Source: the human T2T-CHM13v2.0 reference genome, Homo sapiens
Strand: one strand, 5' to 3'
Length of the DNA stretch: 64,000 nucleotides
Assembly (NCBI RefSeq): GCF_009914755.1
Contig: NC_060927.1
Part shown: positions 25,440 through 42,602 of the stretch, piece after piece
Layout: every line of letters starts with the position of its first letter
Numbering within the stretch: the first letter of the stretch is position 1
Notes under the pieces: generated by a model
Seen by the model: only the letters and a program-made list of their open reading frames with translations
What the model was told of the DNA's origin: nothing
The model's database searches: none
Program-made: the position numbers and the translations under genes

Positions 25440-25500
25440 TGGTGTGTGTCTGTGTCTATATGTATGTATATATTTATATATTATATATATATATATATGT
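25440..25500. repeat. (TG)n/(TA)n low-complexity microsatellite
   Basis: gtgtgtgtc...tatatatatatatatatg. Confidence 0.7.
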
Positions 25501-26311
25501 AAGAATTGGATAAAGAGAAGGATTTGGCCATATATATGTTACTATCTGTTTAGTACTCAAGGGGTTGGAATTATTACTCTTTTAAGAACCCTCAGTTAAG
25601 AGTGTTTTAAAATCTAAAGTTTCCATCTTACTGCTACCCTTGACCTTGATGAGATGACCAACAGCTTATTATTCTGATGGGTACTGAAATAATAGAATAA
25701 TTAAATAACAGTGAACTCAAGTTGTGTTAGAACAGTTACAAAACTATTTATTTACCTTTATAACCTCCGTAATTTTTGTGGAACTCCTTGTGGGGTATAA
25801 CACTCCAACAAGTTAAACACGAACGTATCAGCAATAAGATCTAGACTGAATGTGTTCATTAATGCATAATTCATTGTAAGTGATAAAAATAATAACACAG
25901 CCAGCATCCTGATACCTTCTCTGTCCTAACCCCATAATTTACTTGTTCCATTACTTGCTTATCAGTAAAAATGTGTAATTACATTTAAAGCTCATTACAA
26001 AAACCTTTACCTTTAAATTCCTAACTAGAGTCTTGTAGCATTTGCCCATCAGTTATTTTGCCAAAACATTTTAATATCTTGGAGGCGTAGATGATATGCA
26101 AATAGGTAATACTTTTCAGAATCATTTCTTTTTTTTATTTCTACAGGGGTATCATTCTTATATATTCACCTTCATATTCATATTAAAATTTGTGTAGTCC
26201 TGGAACTTGTGTCACTGGGGTCAGAGGAAGAACTTGTTGTCTTCCTGATATTATAATATTGCTACTTACTTTATACTTAGCTTAGAAGATTTTCCTCTGG
26301 AAAACTTTCAC

Positions 26312-26452
26312 AGCTGGGTGCAGTGGCTCAAACCTATAATTCCAGCACTTTGGGAGGCCAAGGATTAAACTCCTGGCTTGAACCCAGGAGTTTAAAACCA
26401 GCCTGGGCAACATAGCAAGATATGATCTCTATTTAAAAAGAAGAAGCGAAAA
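26312..26452 (+). mobile_element. FLAM (free left Alu monomer)
   Basis: Single left arm with A-rich tail; imperfect TSD gaaaactttca/gaaacctttca. Confidence 0.8.
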
Positions 26453-27848
26453 GAAACCTTTCATTACTTATCCTTTATTGTATTTCTTGCCCCAGATTCA
26501 TTAGGTATACTTCCTCCATGGTCATGTTATGCCTGAAAACACTTCTACGTTTATCTATTATTGCAATTGCCACATCTTTTGAAAATTATCTTCATAAATG
26601 TCTGTCTTCCCTAGTAGAGCATGACTTCTTGATGGTGGAGACTCAGTCTTATTTATCTTTTTATCTTTTGAAGCTGGCGCAGACTGACTTAATAAATATC
26701 TTTTGAATGAATAAATGGTAGTTCAATTTATTGTTAATTGCTTGTGATAATTTTGAATTAGAGGACTTAGACTAAAATATGTGACAATATATTTAATTCT
26801 AATGCTTGTCAGTACTAGAGTTGTTAATGTAAAAAACTGAAAGATATACCTGATAAGTGATATCTTTGGAATTCAAATTAGCAAAATATTCTCAGTACAA
26901 ACATGGTTCAGGTTAAATAGTTAAATGGTTCAAGTGAAAATTAGTGAATCCTAACATTTTAGAATGCTTATTTCTGTTTTTTCAATTTTTAACAGCTTTA
27001 ATGAAGTATAATTGATATACAGGAAAGGGCATATATTTAAAGTATACAATTTATGAAGTTTTGACATATGTTTATATGTGTGATATTATCACCACAATCA
27101 ATATAGTAAACATGTACCTCACCCCCAAGAGTTTCCTGATGCCTCTTTGTAGTCCTTACCTCTTGCCCTTCCCCTAGTTCCTAGGCAACCAGTGATCTGC
27201 TTTCTTTCATTATATATTAGTTTTCGTTTCTGTGATTTTATATAAATTAAATCATTTGGTATATGCTCTTTATGGCTTCTTTAATCACAGTTTTGAGATT
27301 CATGCATATCATTGTGTATTAATCATTTATGTTTAAAAATATTTTTGTGGAGTAGTATTCCATTGTATAGATAAGCTTTAGTAAGCTTCAATTTGTTAAT
27401 TCTTTTTCCTTGTTAATAAACATTTGAGATTTTCCAGTTTTTGGCTCTTACAAATAAAGCTGCTATGAACATTCATGTATAAGACTGTGTATAGACCTGT
27501 GCTTTTATTTCTCTTGAGAAAATAAGGGGAATGGCAGGATTGCATAATATGTATATATTATAGTTTCTTTAAAAGATAAACTATATATAAACATATATAT
27601 ATAATATATATGTTTATCTTTTAAATGAACTATCAAACTATTTTCCAAAGTGGATGTGCATTTACATCCCGGTCTGCAGTGTATGAGAGTTCTACATTCT
27701 TCACATCTTGCTAACACTTCCTATGGTGTGGTTATATTTAGCTATTCTAATAGAAGCATAGTGGTATCCCTTTGTGGTTTTAATGTGCATTTCCCTAATG
27801 ATTACTGATGTCGAACATGTTTACATTTGCTTATTTGCCATCTGTTTA

Positions 27849-28170
27849 CAATTGTCCACCCTTATCCTCACTTTCACTTTCCATGGTTTTAGTAACCTGC
27901 AGTAAACAAAAAATAGGGTAAGTCCAGAACAGTAAGTTATTCTGAGAGAGAGAGAATACACTCATAGAACTATTATTAAAGTATATTATTACAATTAATC
28001 TTTTTTATGTTATAATTGTTAATCTCTGACTGTGTCTAATTTATAAATTAAACTTTATTATAGGCATGTATATATAGGAAAATGTATATGTAGGATTTGG
28101 TACTATTTGTGGTTTTAGGCATTCACTGAGGATCTTGGAACATGTGCTCCCTGGATAAGGGGAACTATTG
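27849..28170. mobile_element. MER44A (Tigger-derived)
   Basis: TIRs caattgtccacccttatcc...ggataaggggaactattg; ctaatttataaattaaactttat. Confidence 0.85.
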
Positions 28171-29623
28171 CATCTTCTTTGATGAAATGTCTGTTTAAAT
28201 CTGTTATCAGATTTTCAATTGGGTTTTTGTTAAGTTTTGAAAGTTCTTTATGTTGTTGAGATATAAGGGTTCCTCCTACATTTTGGATACAAGTTATCAG
28301 ATACATAATTTGCAAATATATTCTCCTATCCTGTGACTTGTCTTTTCATTGTTTTAACAGTGTCATTTAAATAGCAGAAGTATTTAATTTTGATGCAATT
28401 CAGTTTTCCACTTTGTTCTTTTATAGAGTGTTCCTTTATGGTATTATACTAAGACAGCTCTGCCTATCCCTATCCCAAGCACACAAAGCTTTTCTTGTAT
28501 GTATTATTCTAAAAGTTTTACAGTTTTAAGTTTAGATCTGTGATCCATTTTGAATATTTTTTATGTATTAAATTATGGGTCAACTTGCCTTTTCTTTTTG
28601 TGTATGGATTTTTAATTGTTTCAGCATCAGTTATTGAAAAGACTATACATTTTCCACTAAATTGTCTTTTTTTTAATTGGTAAAGAAATCAGTTGTTCAT
28701 GTATATGTGGGTCTTTCGTTGGAATCTCTCTTTTGTTACATTGATCTATTTGGCTATCTCTAAGCTGACACTGTACTTTCTTGACTACAATAACTTTATA
28801 GTAAGTCTTTTAATCAGGTAGAGTTAGCCCAACTGCAAATTTGTTCTTCGTTTTCAGTTATTTTGGCTAGTCTAGGTTATTTGGATTTCTGCGTGAATTT
28901 TAGAATAAGTTTTTAAATTTCTGTAAAAATCCTTCTGGGATTTTTTTCAGGATATGTTGAATATATACATCAATTTGGGGAGAATTGTCATTTTAATGCT
29001 ATTGAGTCTTCTGACCCTTGAAAAAAGGTGTGCCTCTCTGTTTACATGTATCTTTTTTATTTCTCTTGGCAATGTTTTATTTTCAGTTTATAGGTCTTCT
29101 ACACCTTTTGTCAAATTTATCGTTAAATATTTCATAATTTTGATGTGATTTCAGATGACTTTTTTTTCTAAATTCGAATTTCTGATTATTTGTTGCCAGC
29201 ATATAGAAATATAGTTTTATGTGTTATACGTGGATCTTGGATCCTACCACCTTACTAAAATCATTTATTTGTAATAGCCATTTTTTGTAAATTCTTCTGG
29301 ATTATCTGTAATAGATGATCATGTCCTATATGATCATTTATAAACACAGTTTTGGCTCTTCCTTCCCAATCTGAATGTCTTTTATTTTTTTCCCCCTCCT
29401 CCCACTCCCCAAACACACATGCACACAATTCTCTGGCTAGAACCTCCAGTGTAATGTTATATCAAAGTTGGAAGATCAAACAACCTGTGTTCTTCCTGAT
29501 TTTGGGAGGAAAACATTTACTCTTTCTCTATTAATTATGATGTTAAATGGACATTGTTTTTTTAAAATGCCTTTGTCATGTTGAGGAAGTTTCCCTCTAT
29601 TCCTATCCTTCTATTCCTAGTAG

Positions 29624-30349
<726 letters not shown>

Positions 30350-31720
30350 TTTTTTTTCTTATACTAAGATAGTAGTAGGTTAATGCTGGCCACATAGAAT
30401 GTTGGGAAATATTCCTTCCTCTCAGTTTTCTGGTAGATTTTTGAGACTTTGCTTTTTAAGTGTTTAGGAATTTTCTCCAGTGAAGCCATCTGGGTCTGGA
30501 TTTTTATTTGTGGGAAGAGTTTTAACTACAAATTCAATTTCTTTAAAAGGTATAGGACAACAAATGGCTATGTATTTATTCTTGAATGAGCTTTGGCAGT
30601 TTGTGTCTTTAAAGGAATTTTTTTCCATTTCATCTAAGTTGTAGAATGTATTGGCTTAAAATTTTTCATAATATTCTCTTAATATTATAATAGCTGTAGC
30701 ATTTGGAGTGATGCCTTATTTCTGATTTCTTATATTGGTAATTTATATCTTTTTTCTTTTTTTGCTCTCATTAATCTGGCTAGAAGTTTATTGTTCTCCA
30801 CGTAATTCTTTCAAAGAATCAATTTTTGATATCATTGAATTTTCCACTGTTCTCTATTTTTTGTTTCATTAATTTTTAATATATTCTCTCATTTCTTTTA
30901 CTTGTTTATAATTTTCTGTTCTTTTTCTCTTTTTTAACAGTAGTTTATTATAGTTTTGAATTAAAGGTTGCATAGGTAAGAGCTATTTTTTGATCATGTT
31001 GAGTTTATTTTTCTTGGATTAGTTTTTTATTTTATAGGTTAAGAAGGAAAATAGAGAAGCTTAAGTGAAAGTTACTCTTTTCTCCTCTGGAGCAGAAATA
31101 GAAGACTTTAATGCATGCTTGAAGACCAGTGTTTTCCCTCCCATTATTTTCCCATGATAGCCTGAAAGCAGTCATCTGTTAAATAAGACATACTGTCTGA
31201 TTTGCAAAGTATACATTTTCTTAATTTCAGGTTAACCATGCTTAAAAAGCATTGCTCTAAATGAATTTTTTTGTTGTTGTTAGAAAATATAACAGTTATA
31301 GTTCACTTCAAATTTACATTCGTGTGATACTTTTTAATTCTTTTAACTGCACAAAATTTCTTCTGCTATCCTAACTACCTGCAGTACTTCTACTCTTGAA
31401 AGGCATCATTCTCATTTAATAGCTCTGTTGCAATGGCCTAATAAATACTGATATAGCATTATGACACACATTATTTATGGTCATTAAATTACCTCAAATC
31501 TTTTATTTTTTAAAGTGTAATTTTTATTAGTCAGTTATTTTCATTTGAATATTTATGTATTATTCAGATATATGCATATAAACCTCATTATTTTGAATAA
31601 GGGAACCTGTTAATAGGGGAGAGTAATAATTTTTCCAAATTTTCAGCAACATTATACTTTTCTAACTGTTGTGTTTCCAAGGTGTTATGTAGCAAGCTTG
31701 ATATGAATAAAAAATAATCT

Positions 31721-32013
31721 TGCCAGGCACAGTGGCTGATGCCTGTAATCCCAGCAATTTGGGAGGCCGAGGTGGGTGGATCATGAGGTCAGAAGTTCGA
31801 GACCAGCCTGGCCAACATGGTGAAACCCCGTCTCTACTAAAAATATAAAAATTATCCAGGCGTGGTGGTGCGCGCCTGTAGTCTCAGCTACTCAGGAGGC
31901 AGAGGCAAGAGAGTTGCTTGAACCTGGGAGTGGAGGTTGCAGTGAGCTGAGATCACGCCACTGCACTCCATCCTGGGTGACAGAGTGATACTCCATCTGA
32001 AAAAAAAAAAAAA
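31721..32013 (+). mobile_element. AluSg-like
   Basis: Full-length; ggatcatgaggtcag, ctggccaacatgg; poly(A) tail. Confidence 0.9.
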
Positions 32014-35000
32014 CTCTTATCTTTCATATTACTACTTTCAGAAAACTTTGACAACGTAAAAGGAATGAGGTATTCAATTTGGAAACAAGGCAAATTGGAA
32101 TGAGCTATTTGGCTATGCTTAGATTTCTGATAGTTGAAGATAAAATTTGTAAGGCATCAAGGGACATATAGGACATGAGACAGTATCTGGCACCTCCCAG
32201 GTAGTATGCCTGAGTACTCTAATGTAGAAAATGTCTGCCATGTTTCTGAATTTACATAAGTCTTTTCCAGTTGCTACAAAGAGTCCATGATATGTTTTTC
32301 TTAAGAAAACCTAACCATAACTTAACCATTTATGTTTTTCATCTTATTATGCTTATGCCAGTCAGTAATTAAAACAACACAAAAATTTTTTTAAAAAAGG
32401 AGTTAATCAAAATTAGCATTTTCTTAAGGTACAGATAATATTTATTTTTGGAGATCTGACTTAATGTACTTTACAGATAAAAATATAATTGTCCAAACTC
32501 TATTTTTTATGAGAAGATTTATGGCTTTTCAAAAATAATTAAAAATATTAGTTTAATTATTTGACTACTTAAGACTAAAATAGCTCATTGAGATTTGTGC
32601 TTATTTCACTTAATACTAGAAATGCTATGCATGCAATTTATTCTAAAAAATTCTAAAAGCCTGCAATTTAGAACAAAGGAAATGATCTGGAGTTGGTAGA
32701 CATTTCACTTGGTTGTCTTCTAATATAAGAAGAACAATATAGACTTCCTTTAAACATTTAATAATTTTACAGATACAAAAAGATTTCCAAATTTGGGTCA
32801 GAATTTTTCTTTTATTGAAATATAATGAACCCTTCTTTCAAAATTCTTCTAATAAAATTCACAGATTAATAGAGAAAATGAATATATTCGATACTAGATT
32901 TTTACCAGTTGTTTTTAAAATGCATTTAGACTAGAGGCCCAGCTTCACCTGGATGTATGGTTAATTTCATTTTTGCATATTATTCTAGAACTTTAGTTAA
33001 AACAAAATGTTACTATAAGCTGTTCTACAAAAGCATATGATCTGTTAAATTCTCAGGTATTGTAGGCACTCAAAGGGGAGTGCTTAACTATGCAGCTATT
33101 CTGTCAGTTTATATATTTTGCCAGTGGTTGGACAAATAAAGATCAGGTAAAAGATTCATTTGTATCTAAATTGTATTGTGAAGGCATCATAATATTCTAT
33201 GGTAAAATAATATATAAATTTTTAGAGGAACAGAATATTTATTCTACAGTTAGAGCCAATACCCCAATGCAAATGTTTGTGGGGGAGAATAGCAATTTAG
33301 TTTCCTTATTAAGGAATATGGAGTGATACACTGGGGATATTAAATGGTTTTTCTAGGAAGTACTTGTTTCTAGTTTGGTATTCAAACCAGACATGGCTCT
33401 ACATGCAATTAGATGCTATTGGTAGAATTGAGATAAGAGAATTGGAGACTTAAGTGGGCATTTCTTAGTTTATGCAGAGTAGAAGAGACTTGTCTCTAGG
33501 CCTCCATCCTAACTGTTTAAACATTGTCTTCTGTTTCAGAGAATCATTCTTGATTTTTAAAGGAATTTTCTACTCTCTCTTACTTAAAGGAATGAGAGTT
33601 TACATCTATTTACTGCCTATTATATGCTGGTCAGGAGTAAGTAGCATCCTGAAAGGAGATTCTGAAAGAATATAGGTATAGATACATGTCACCAGACCTG
33701 ACTACTGGCATTGGAACTGGTCTTATGAAAATAAAGAAGGAGAAAGCATGCACAAAACATAGTTGCCACCTGTTTAAGATGAGCTCTTCTTCATTAGTAG
33801 TAGTACAAGTTTATTTTCAAGCCATGTCACTAGACATCTCGTATAGAGAAGTGTTTTCTGTTTTTACAGTCATTTTCTTTAACTCCAGCATACTATCTCA
33901 TGAAGGCATGAAGATGTCAAAAGGATAATCAGCCTAAACCATCTCCACTAATGGAAATGTTTCCAAGTACACAAATTGGTCATAACATCAACTCTCGAAA
34001 TAGAATGCAGCACTTTTAAAAAACTTAAAATATACTGTAGATCATTACTGTTATCTTAACAGTCTGATTATGTATCTTCAGCTGATAAGTTGTCTCAAAT
34101 AGAGATCCATTTTGTAACCTAATATTATGAAATGAGGGGAAAATCCCATTGTAAAAATTCTTCACCACTATCTCCATAATCTCTACTTCACTGAGTTTCA
34201 TCCAGGTGCAAAAATGAAAAATTATAACCTGCCAAGCATCAGTGGCAGAGTGAAATGAAAAAATTGTGAGTTAATAATAGTGATGCCTCAAAAAAATTTC
34301 CTGACCAATTTAACATTGCTTCATCCAAGGTCACTTCTAAGCGCTGATTATTTTTAGTAATTTGCAGATGAGACCATTCTACCTTGGTCATGGTTAGTGA
34401 AGATCAAGAAAATGCCAGAGAAGGTTTAAGATTCAAGGTTATCTTTCTCAAATAAGCCACAAACCACAGTTTCATTCTATTTTCTTAAGACCTAGCTGAG
34501 AAATAATTTTAAATGAAATGAAACTTAAAGTCTGTGCTATCTTTTATTGGAGCTATAAAGTCATCATAACATAAAGCATGAGGGATAAGGGTAGTGGAAG
34601 GACACTGTTTAGTAGGTCCTTAAGTAGCATTTCATGTGGGAAAGAACTCAAGGCATTTTTCTAGTATTTTATTCTGACACTTTAAAAAATCATCATAGAT
34701 TGTACTTTATGTAAACTTTGATTATGATGACCAGCTACAGCTCATTTTTTAATTTCTAGAAAATTTCCAAATTACTTTCTCTTGCCCAATTTGAAATTTG
34801 AACTTACAAATGGTCTGTAAAAATCTTTTTTATTACACGTAAATAATTTAGATAATATAGACAACTACAAAGAGGAAAATGAAACTTTTCCTAATTTTAC
34901 CACTCATGGATAACTTGTATTGGTCTTTTAGTGTATACTTTCCAGACCCTTGGGTGTATCTCTGCGTGTGCAAGCATGTGTGTGTCTATGTGTGTGCACG

Positions 35001-35083
35001 TATGTGTGTTTAGAGAGGGGAGGAGATGAGATCATCATTGAGATGAGTAGGATGATAGATTTTTTTCAATAAGTTTACTCTGA

Positions 35084-35479
<396 letters not shown>

Positions 35480-36632
35480 TAAAAATGCTGTCTGTGGCAT
35501 CTGATATTGATAAACATTTAGAATATCTAGTTTTTCACCATATAAATAATTCTGAAATGGCTTTTAATGTCTATCTGATTATAGAATAAATTTTAAAATT
35601 AAAAATGATAAAATTTTAGACATTTGATATTTATTACAAAATCCTTGCTAGAAAGATGTAAGTTTACTCTTCTATCAGCAGTATTTGAAAGTGCACCTTT
35701 ATCACACTCTTACAAGTAACTAGGTGTGTGAAATTTGGTATGTCAGCATTGTTTTATTTATTGACGTTGAATACATTTTGAAATTTTTAGTAGCCATTGC
35801 ACTTCTTTTGTGAATATCTTGGTTATATCTTTTTCTTATTTTTTTATTAGTATGGGCCTCTTTTTCTTATTTCTAAGTAATAACTCCTTGTATTTATTAA
35901 GGATATTAATAATTTGTCTCATTTATATTTTAGCCTTTTCCCCTAAATTGTCAATTTTAATTTTATTTTTATTTCCTCTCAATATCTGTTTATCTTGTCC
36001 TTATTTCTGGTTTCTGGCTGTGGAGCTATGCTTACAAAAGCTTTTCCTATATAAAGTTATAAGATTAATTATTTAAATTTTTCTTCAGCTACTTTTTGAA
36101 GTTTGATTCTTATGTTTAATTCTATAAGGAATTTATTCTTATATATGATTTAAGGCAAAAGTTTAATGTTTTATTTCCAATGGCTAGTACCCTTAATGAA
36201 TTGCACAGCCTTCCTTATTGATTTAAAATGCTTCACTTACAAAAGATGTTTTCAAGCTATGCTCTGAGGAAGTTTAGGTATTCTATGTTGGGGATGTTGT
36301 TCAAGAGCTACAAACTAAGTGAATGGTGTTTTCTTCTTACCTTCCTTCCATCTCCAGTGAAATACCTATGAGTTTTTCTCACTGATTTTTTTAATACATT
36401 TCAATACAGTTTCTTCTTATTTTTGTAATCACTCTTATTGAAGTACAGTTTGTATACATGCATTAATAGGTATATAGCCGACTACATTCAATAGAGAATA
36501 TTTCCTTCTCCACAATTTTTCTTACGTCTCTGTGCAGTCAGTCCTCCTCCTCTATTGCTGAACTCTGGCAACTATTGATCTGCTTTCTACACAACAGTTT
36601 TTAGGTTTTACATAAAAGACTACAGCAGATAG

Positions 36633-36973
<341 letters not shown>

Positions 36974-37432
36974 CGCAGATAGTCTTTTATGTCTGGCTTT
37001 TTTCACTCAGGATAATGCTTGTGAGATTCATCTATGTTGTTCATGTTCAAGTAGTTTGTTCTTTTTATTGCTGAGCAGTGTTATGGCTATCCCACAACTT
37101 GTTTATCCACATATGAACATTTAGGTATCATGAGTTAAGCTGAGTTTTTGTCTTTTATGAATAAAGCTGTTATGAACATTCTCATACAGGTCCATGCATG
37201 GATATAAGTTTTTATTTTCCTAGGGTAAATTAAAAAGAAGTGAGATTGATGAGTTGAAGTAAGTATATGTTTACATATATAACTTTATAAAATAAAAAAC
37301 TGCCAACTTGTTTTATAAATGTCTGAACCATTTTGCATTTCTGCTAGCAATGTATGAGAATTCTAGGTGTTTCACATGCTTGCCAACACTTAGTATGGCC
37401 AGTTTTTTAAATTTTAGCTATTGGATATCTAG

Positions 37433-37749
<317 letters not shown>

Positions 37750-38101
37750 CTGGGTGTATAGTAGTTTAACTTGCATTTCCTTAATGACTAATGTCCTTTG
37801 TATTTCCACATAAAGTATAAGAAAAATATGCCAACATCTACAAAAAAGCCTGCTGAAATTTTAATTTCGATTTTGTTGGTCAATAGAACAATTTGGGGAG
37901 AATTGACATTGTAACAATATTGAGTATTTCATAAACTGAAAGACTCAGTTGTTGTCTTTTCACTTATTGATGTCATTTTTAACTTGTGTCAGCAAAGTTT
38001 TGTCATTTGCAGGGCACAAGACTTGCATATATTTAAAACATTCCTAAACATTTCATATTTTGGTGTCATTTGAAGTGGCACTTAAAAAATTTTTAATTTC
38101 T

Positions 38102-38222
38102 GGCTGGGCGCAGTGGCTCACGCCTGTAATCCTAGCACTTTGGGAGGCCGAGGTGGACGGATGTCTTTGAGCTCCCGAGTTTAACACCAGCATGGGTAAT
38201 GTGGCAAACACATCTCAAAAAG
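38102..38222 (+). mobile_element. FLAM/Alu left monomer
   Basis: ggctgggcgcagtggctcacgcctgtaatcc...catctcaaaa. Confidence 0.8.
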
Positions 38223-38613
38223 TATATAATAACAATTAATTTCTAATTTTTGTTGTTATTATATAGAAATGTCACTTTTGATTTTTCTATGTAGACTTTG
38301 TATCCTGTGTACCTGGTAAGCTCATTTATTAGTTATAGTATCTTCGTGTGGATTCCTCAGCGTTTTCTGCATGGACAATTATGGACAATTTTTCTTTCCT
38401 GAAAATATATTTTTTTCCTTTGTTTTCAAACTGTATGCCTTTTTTTTTTTCTTTTTCCTGCCTTCTTTTACTGGCTTATGTGTCCAGTACAATATTGAAT
38501 ATATAAGTGGCAATAGCAGACATCCTTTTTTGTTTCTTAGAGAGAAAGCATTCAGTGCTTTCAGTATTTCACCATATAAAGAAGGATGTTAGCTGTAGGC
38601 TTTTCAGAGATGC

Positions 38614-39224
<611 letters not shown>

Positions 39225-42200
39225 GATGCCATGTATAAGATTGAGAAGTTCCCTTCTACTTTGCCTAAAATATTTATCATGAATAGGTGTCAAATTCTCT
39301 GAAATGCCTTTTGACATCTGTTGAGATGATCATTTTTTTTTGCTTTTCTTTTTTAGTTTGTTATGGGGAATTACATAATATATTTTTTGAATCATAAGTC
39401 CATCTTGCATTCACTTAGTCATGTTTTATTATGTGTTTTATATATTGGGAAATTAAATTTGCTAAAATATTGTTAAGGACTTATTTTTATGTCTGTGATC
39501 ATAAGAGATACTGATTTGTAGTTTTCCTTTCTTGTAATGTTTTTGGTTTTGAATTAGTATAATGTTGGCTTCATCATACGAGTTGGGAAATGTCCTTCCT
39601 CTTGGATTTTCTGAAAAAAGTTTATGTTGAATCAATTTATTTTTATTTTTATTTTTTTTGCTTAAACGTTTGATACAGTTCTCCAGTGAGGCTATGATAG
39701 GCTTGAAATTTTGTTTTGAGAAGGTTTTTAAACTTAAGTTTAACATCTTTCTTTGAGAATGGTTATTTGTATTATCTATTTCATGTTGACTCACATCTTT
39801 CAAGGATTTTTTTTGTTTCATCTAAGTTATTGAATATATTGGCATTTGTTGTTCATAATATTTTCTCCTTATGCTTTTGATGCATGTATAATCTGAGTGA
39901 TGTCTTCTCTCATTTCTTTTTCTTGATAAATCTGGTTAGAGGGTTACCAATTGTATTGATTCTTTTAAATAACCAGCTTTTGGTTTTTTTGATTTTCTGT
40001 ATTGTTTGTCCATTTTCTATTTCATAGATTTCTGCTTTCACCTTTATTATTTTCTTCTTTCTGTTTATTTTAGGGTTCAATTTTTTTACTTTTTTTTAAC
40101 TTCCTTAAGGTGGAAGCTTAAGCAAGATGATTTAAGAGTTTTTTTTCTTTTTCTAACATGAGCATTTAAGCCTATTTACTTCTAAGCACTGACTTAATTG
40201 CTTTCCATAAATTGTGACATGACGTGTGTTCATTTTCTTTCAATCAAAACGTTTTCTAATTTCTATTATAATTCTGTTGATCCATGTGTCATTTGAAAGA
40301 ATTTTGGGATTCTAATATTTGGGATTTTCCATATATATTTCTGTTACTGATTTATAATTTAATTCTGTTATGGTGAGAAAAACATACTTTGTATAATTTT
40401 AATCTTTTAAATTTATTAAGATTTTTTTATGACCCAGAACGTGATCCATCTTGGTGATTGTTCCACATGGACTTTATAAATACGGAATGGGCTACAAATG
40501 TTAATTAGATCAAGTCAGTTAATGGTATTAAGTCTTCTGTATATGTACTGATTTTTTTTCTCCACTTGTTTTATCAATTGCTGAGAAAGACATGTTGAAG
40601 TCTCTAATTTACATATTTTCTAGTTCTCTTTAAGTTCTGTAAGCTTTTATTTCATGTATTTTAAAGATATTTATTAAATGCATGAACTTTTAGGACTATT
40701 ATGTTCTCCTGATGAATTGACCCCTTTATCACTGTGTAACTCTCTTCTTTGTATTAATATTACTCATTGCTCTCAGAACTTCTTTTCTGATTTAATATGG
40801 AAATTCCAGCTTTCTTTTGGTTAGTGATTGCGTATTATTCATCTTTCAGCCTTTACTTTTAATCTATTTTTTTTCATATTTCAAGTAGTTTTTCTGGTTA
40901 GATGGTAAATAGTTTTTTTTAATTCAATTTGACAAGCTCTGCCTTTTAATTAGAGTATTTAGACCATTTAATTTCCATGTAATTATTTCTATGTGTAGGC
41001 TTAAATCTATCTTGGTGTTTGTTTTCTATTTCTCTTATCTGTTTTTTTTTCTTGTTACTGTCACCCTGTTTTTTCTTTCTTTTAGATAAAATGGACATAT
41101 TTTATGATATTTTGTTTCCACTCGTCTCAGCATGTGCGTCTTTTTGTTTATTTGTTTAGTGTTTACTCCAAAGTTGACAACATGATGTTTAACTTTTCAG
41201 AGTTTACCACCGAATAATGTTATTTCACTTCATGTAAAAGTATAAGAATCTTCAGATAGTATACTTCCATTTTTCTTCCTCTTGCCTGTTTTCTTACTTT
41301 TATAAGTTTACTAAACCCTACAATAATTTTTGCCTTAAACAATTATTTTTAAAGTGTTTAAACTGAGAATCCTTATATGCTTTATCATACATTTGTCATT
41401 TTTATAACTTTGTATACATGCAAATTTCTATTTATATAATTTTACATCTACCTTAAGAACTTGGTTTATCATTTCTGATGTAGTAGCAATAATTTTTCGA
41501 GTTTTTGTCTGAAAAACGTATTTAATTATTAAAAGATATTTTTATTGGGCTTAGATTGGTAAATTGATGATTTCACTGTCTTCTTTTAGTGCTTTAAAGT
41601 ATGCTCCATTGTCTTTGATAGTTTCTGATGAAAAGTTGGCTGTAATTCTCATCTTTGTTCTCTTGTAGATGATATGTCTTTTTTTCTCCAGCTGCACTCA
41701 CTAAAGCATGACTCTCTGGGGTCTCTTCTGAATGTCCCCAGTGTTCTTGGGTGTCTCTTCATTATAAATGGTGGAAATCTGTCTTCTGAACTGTTGAGAA
41801 CTCTGAAAATTGTTTGCTCTACAATTTTCCAGTGATTCTTTTTCTGGTCTTAAGTGATTTCTACTCACACGTCGGCAGATCAATTGTGAGTTAATATCTG
41901 GAATGGATCTCCATGCAGATCTTTAGAGATCTATTTTTGGATAGCCTTAGTATCTCAGTATTGTTTCCCACAAATTTTAGCTGCCTTGGCCTCCCCAAAC
42001 GGATCTCTGTCTCCTCAACTCAGTGAGATAGCAAAGCTCTGTGTGGCTTCCTTCTTTCTCTGCTACCTCTTGGAGACTGCATGGGGATTGATCTTCTTGT
42101 TTCCCTTCTCTCAGAGTCATAGTTCAGTGTTCTTGTTCATTGCCTGAAAACAGTGTTTTTATATAGTTACTCTGGTTTTCTTAATAAGATGGGCACATAA

Positions 42201-42246
42201 AGCCTGGTATCTGTTACTTCACCTTGATTTAAGTGGAAACCTATAG

Positions 42247-42602
<356 letters not shown>
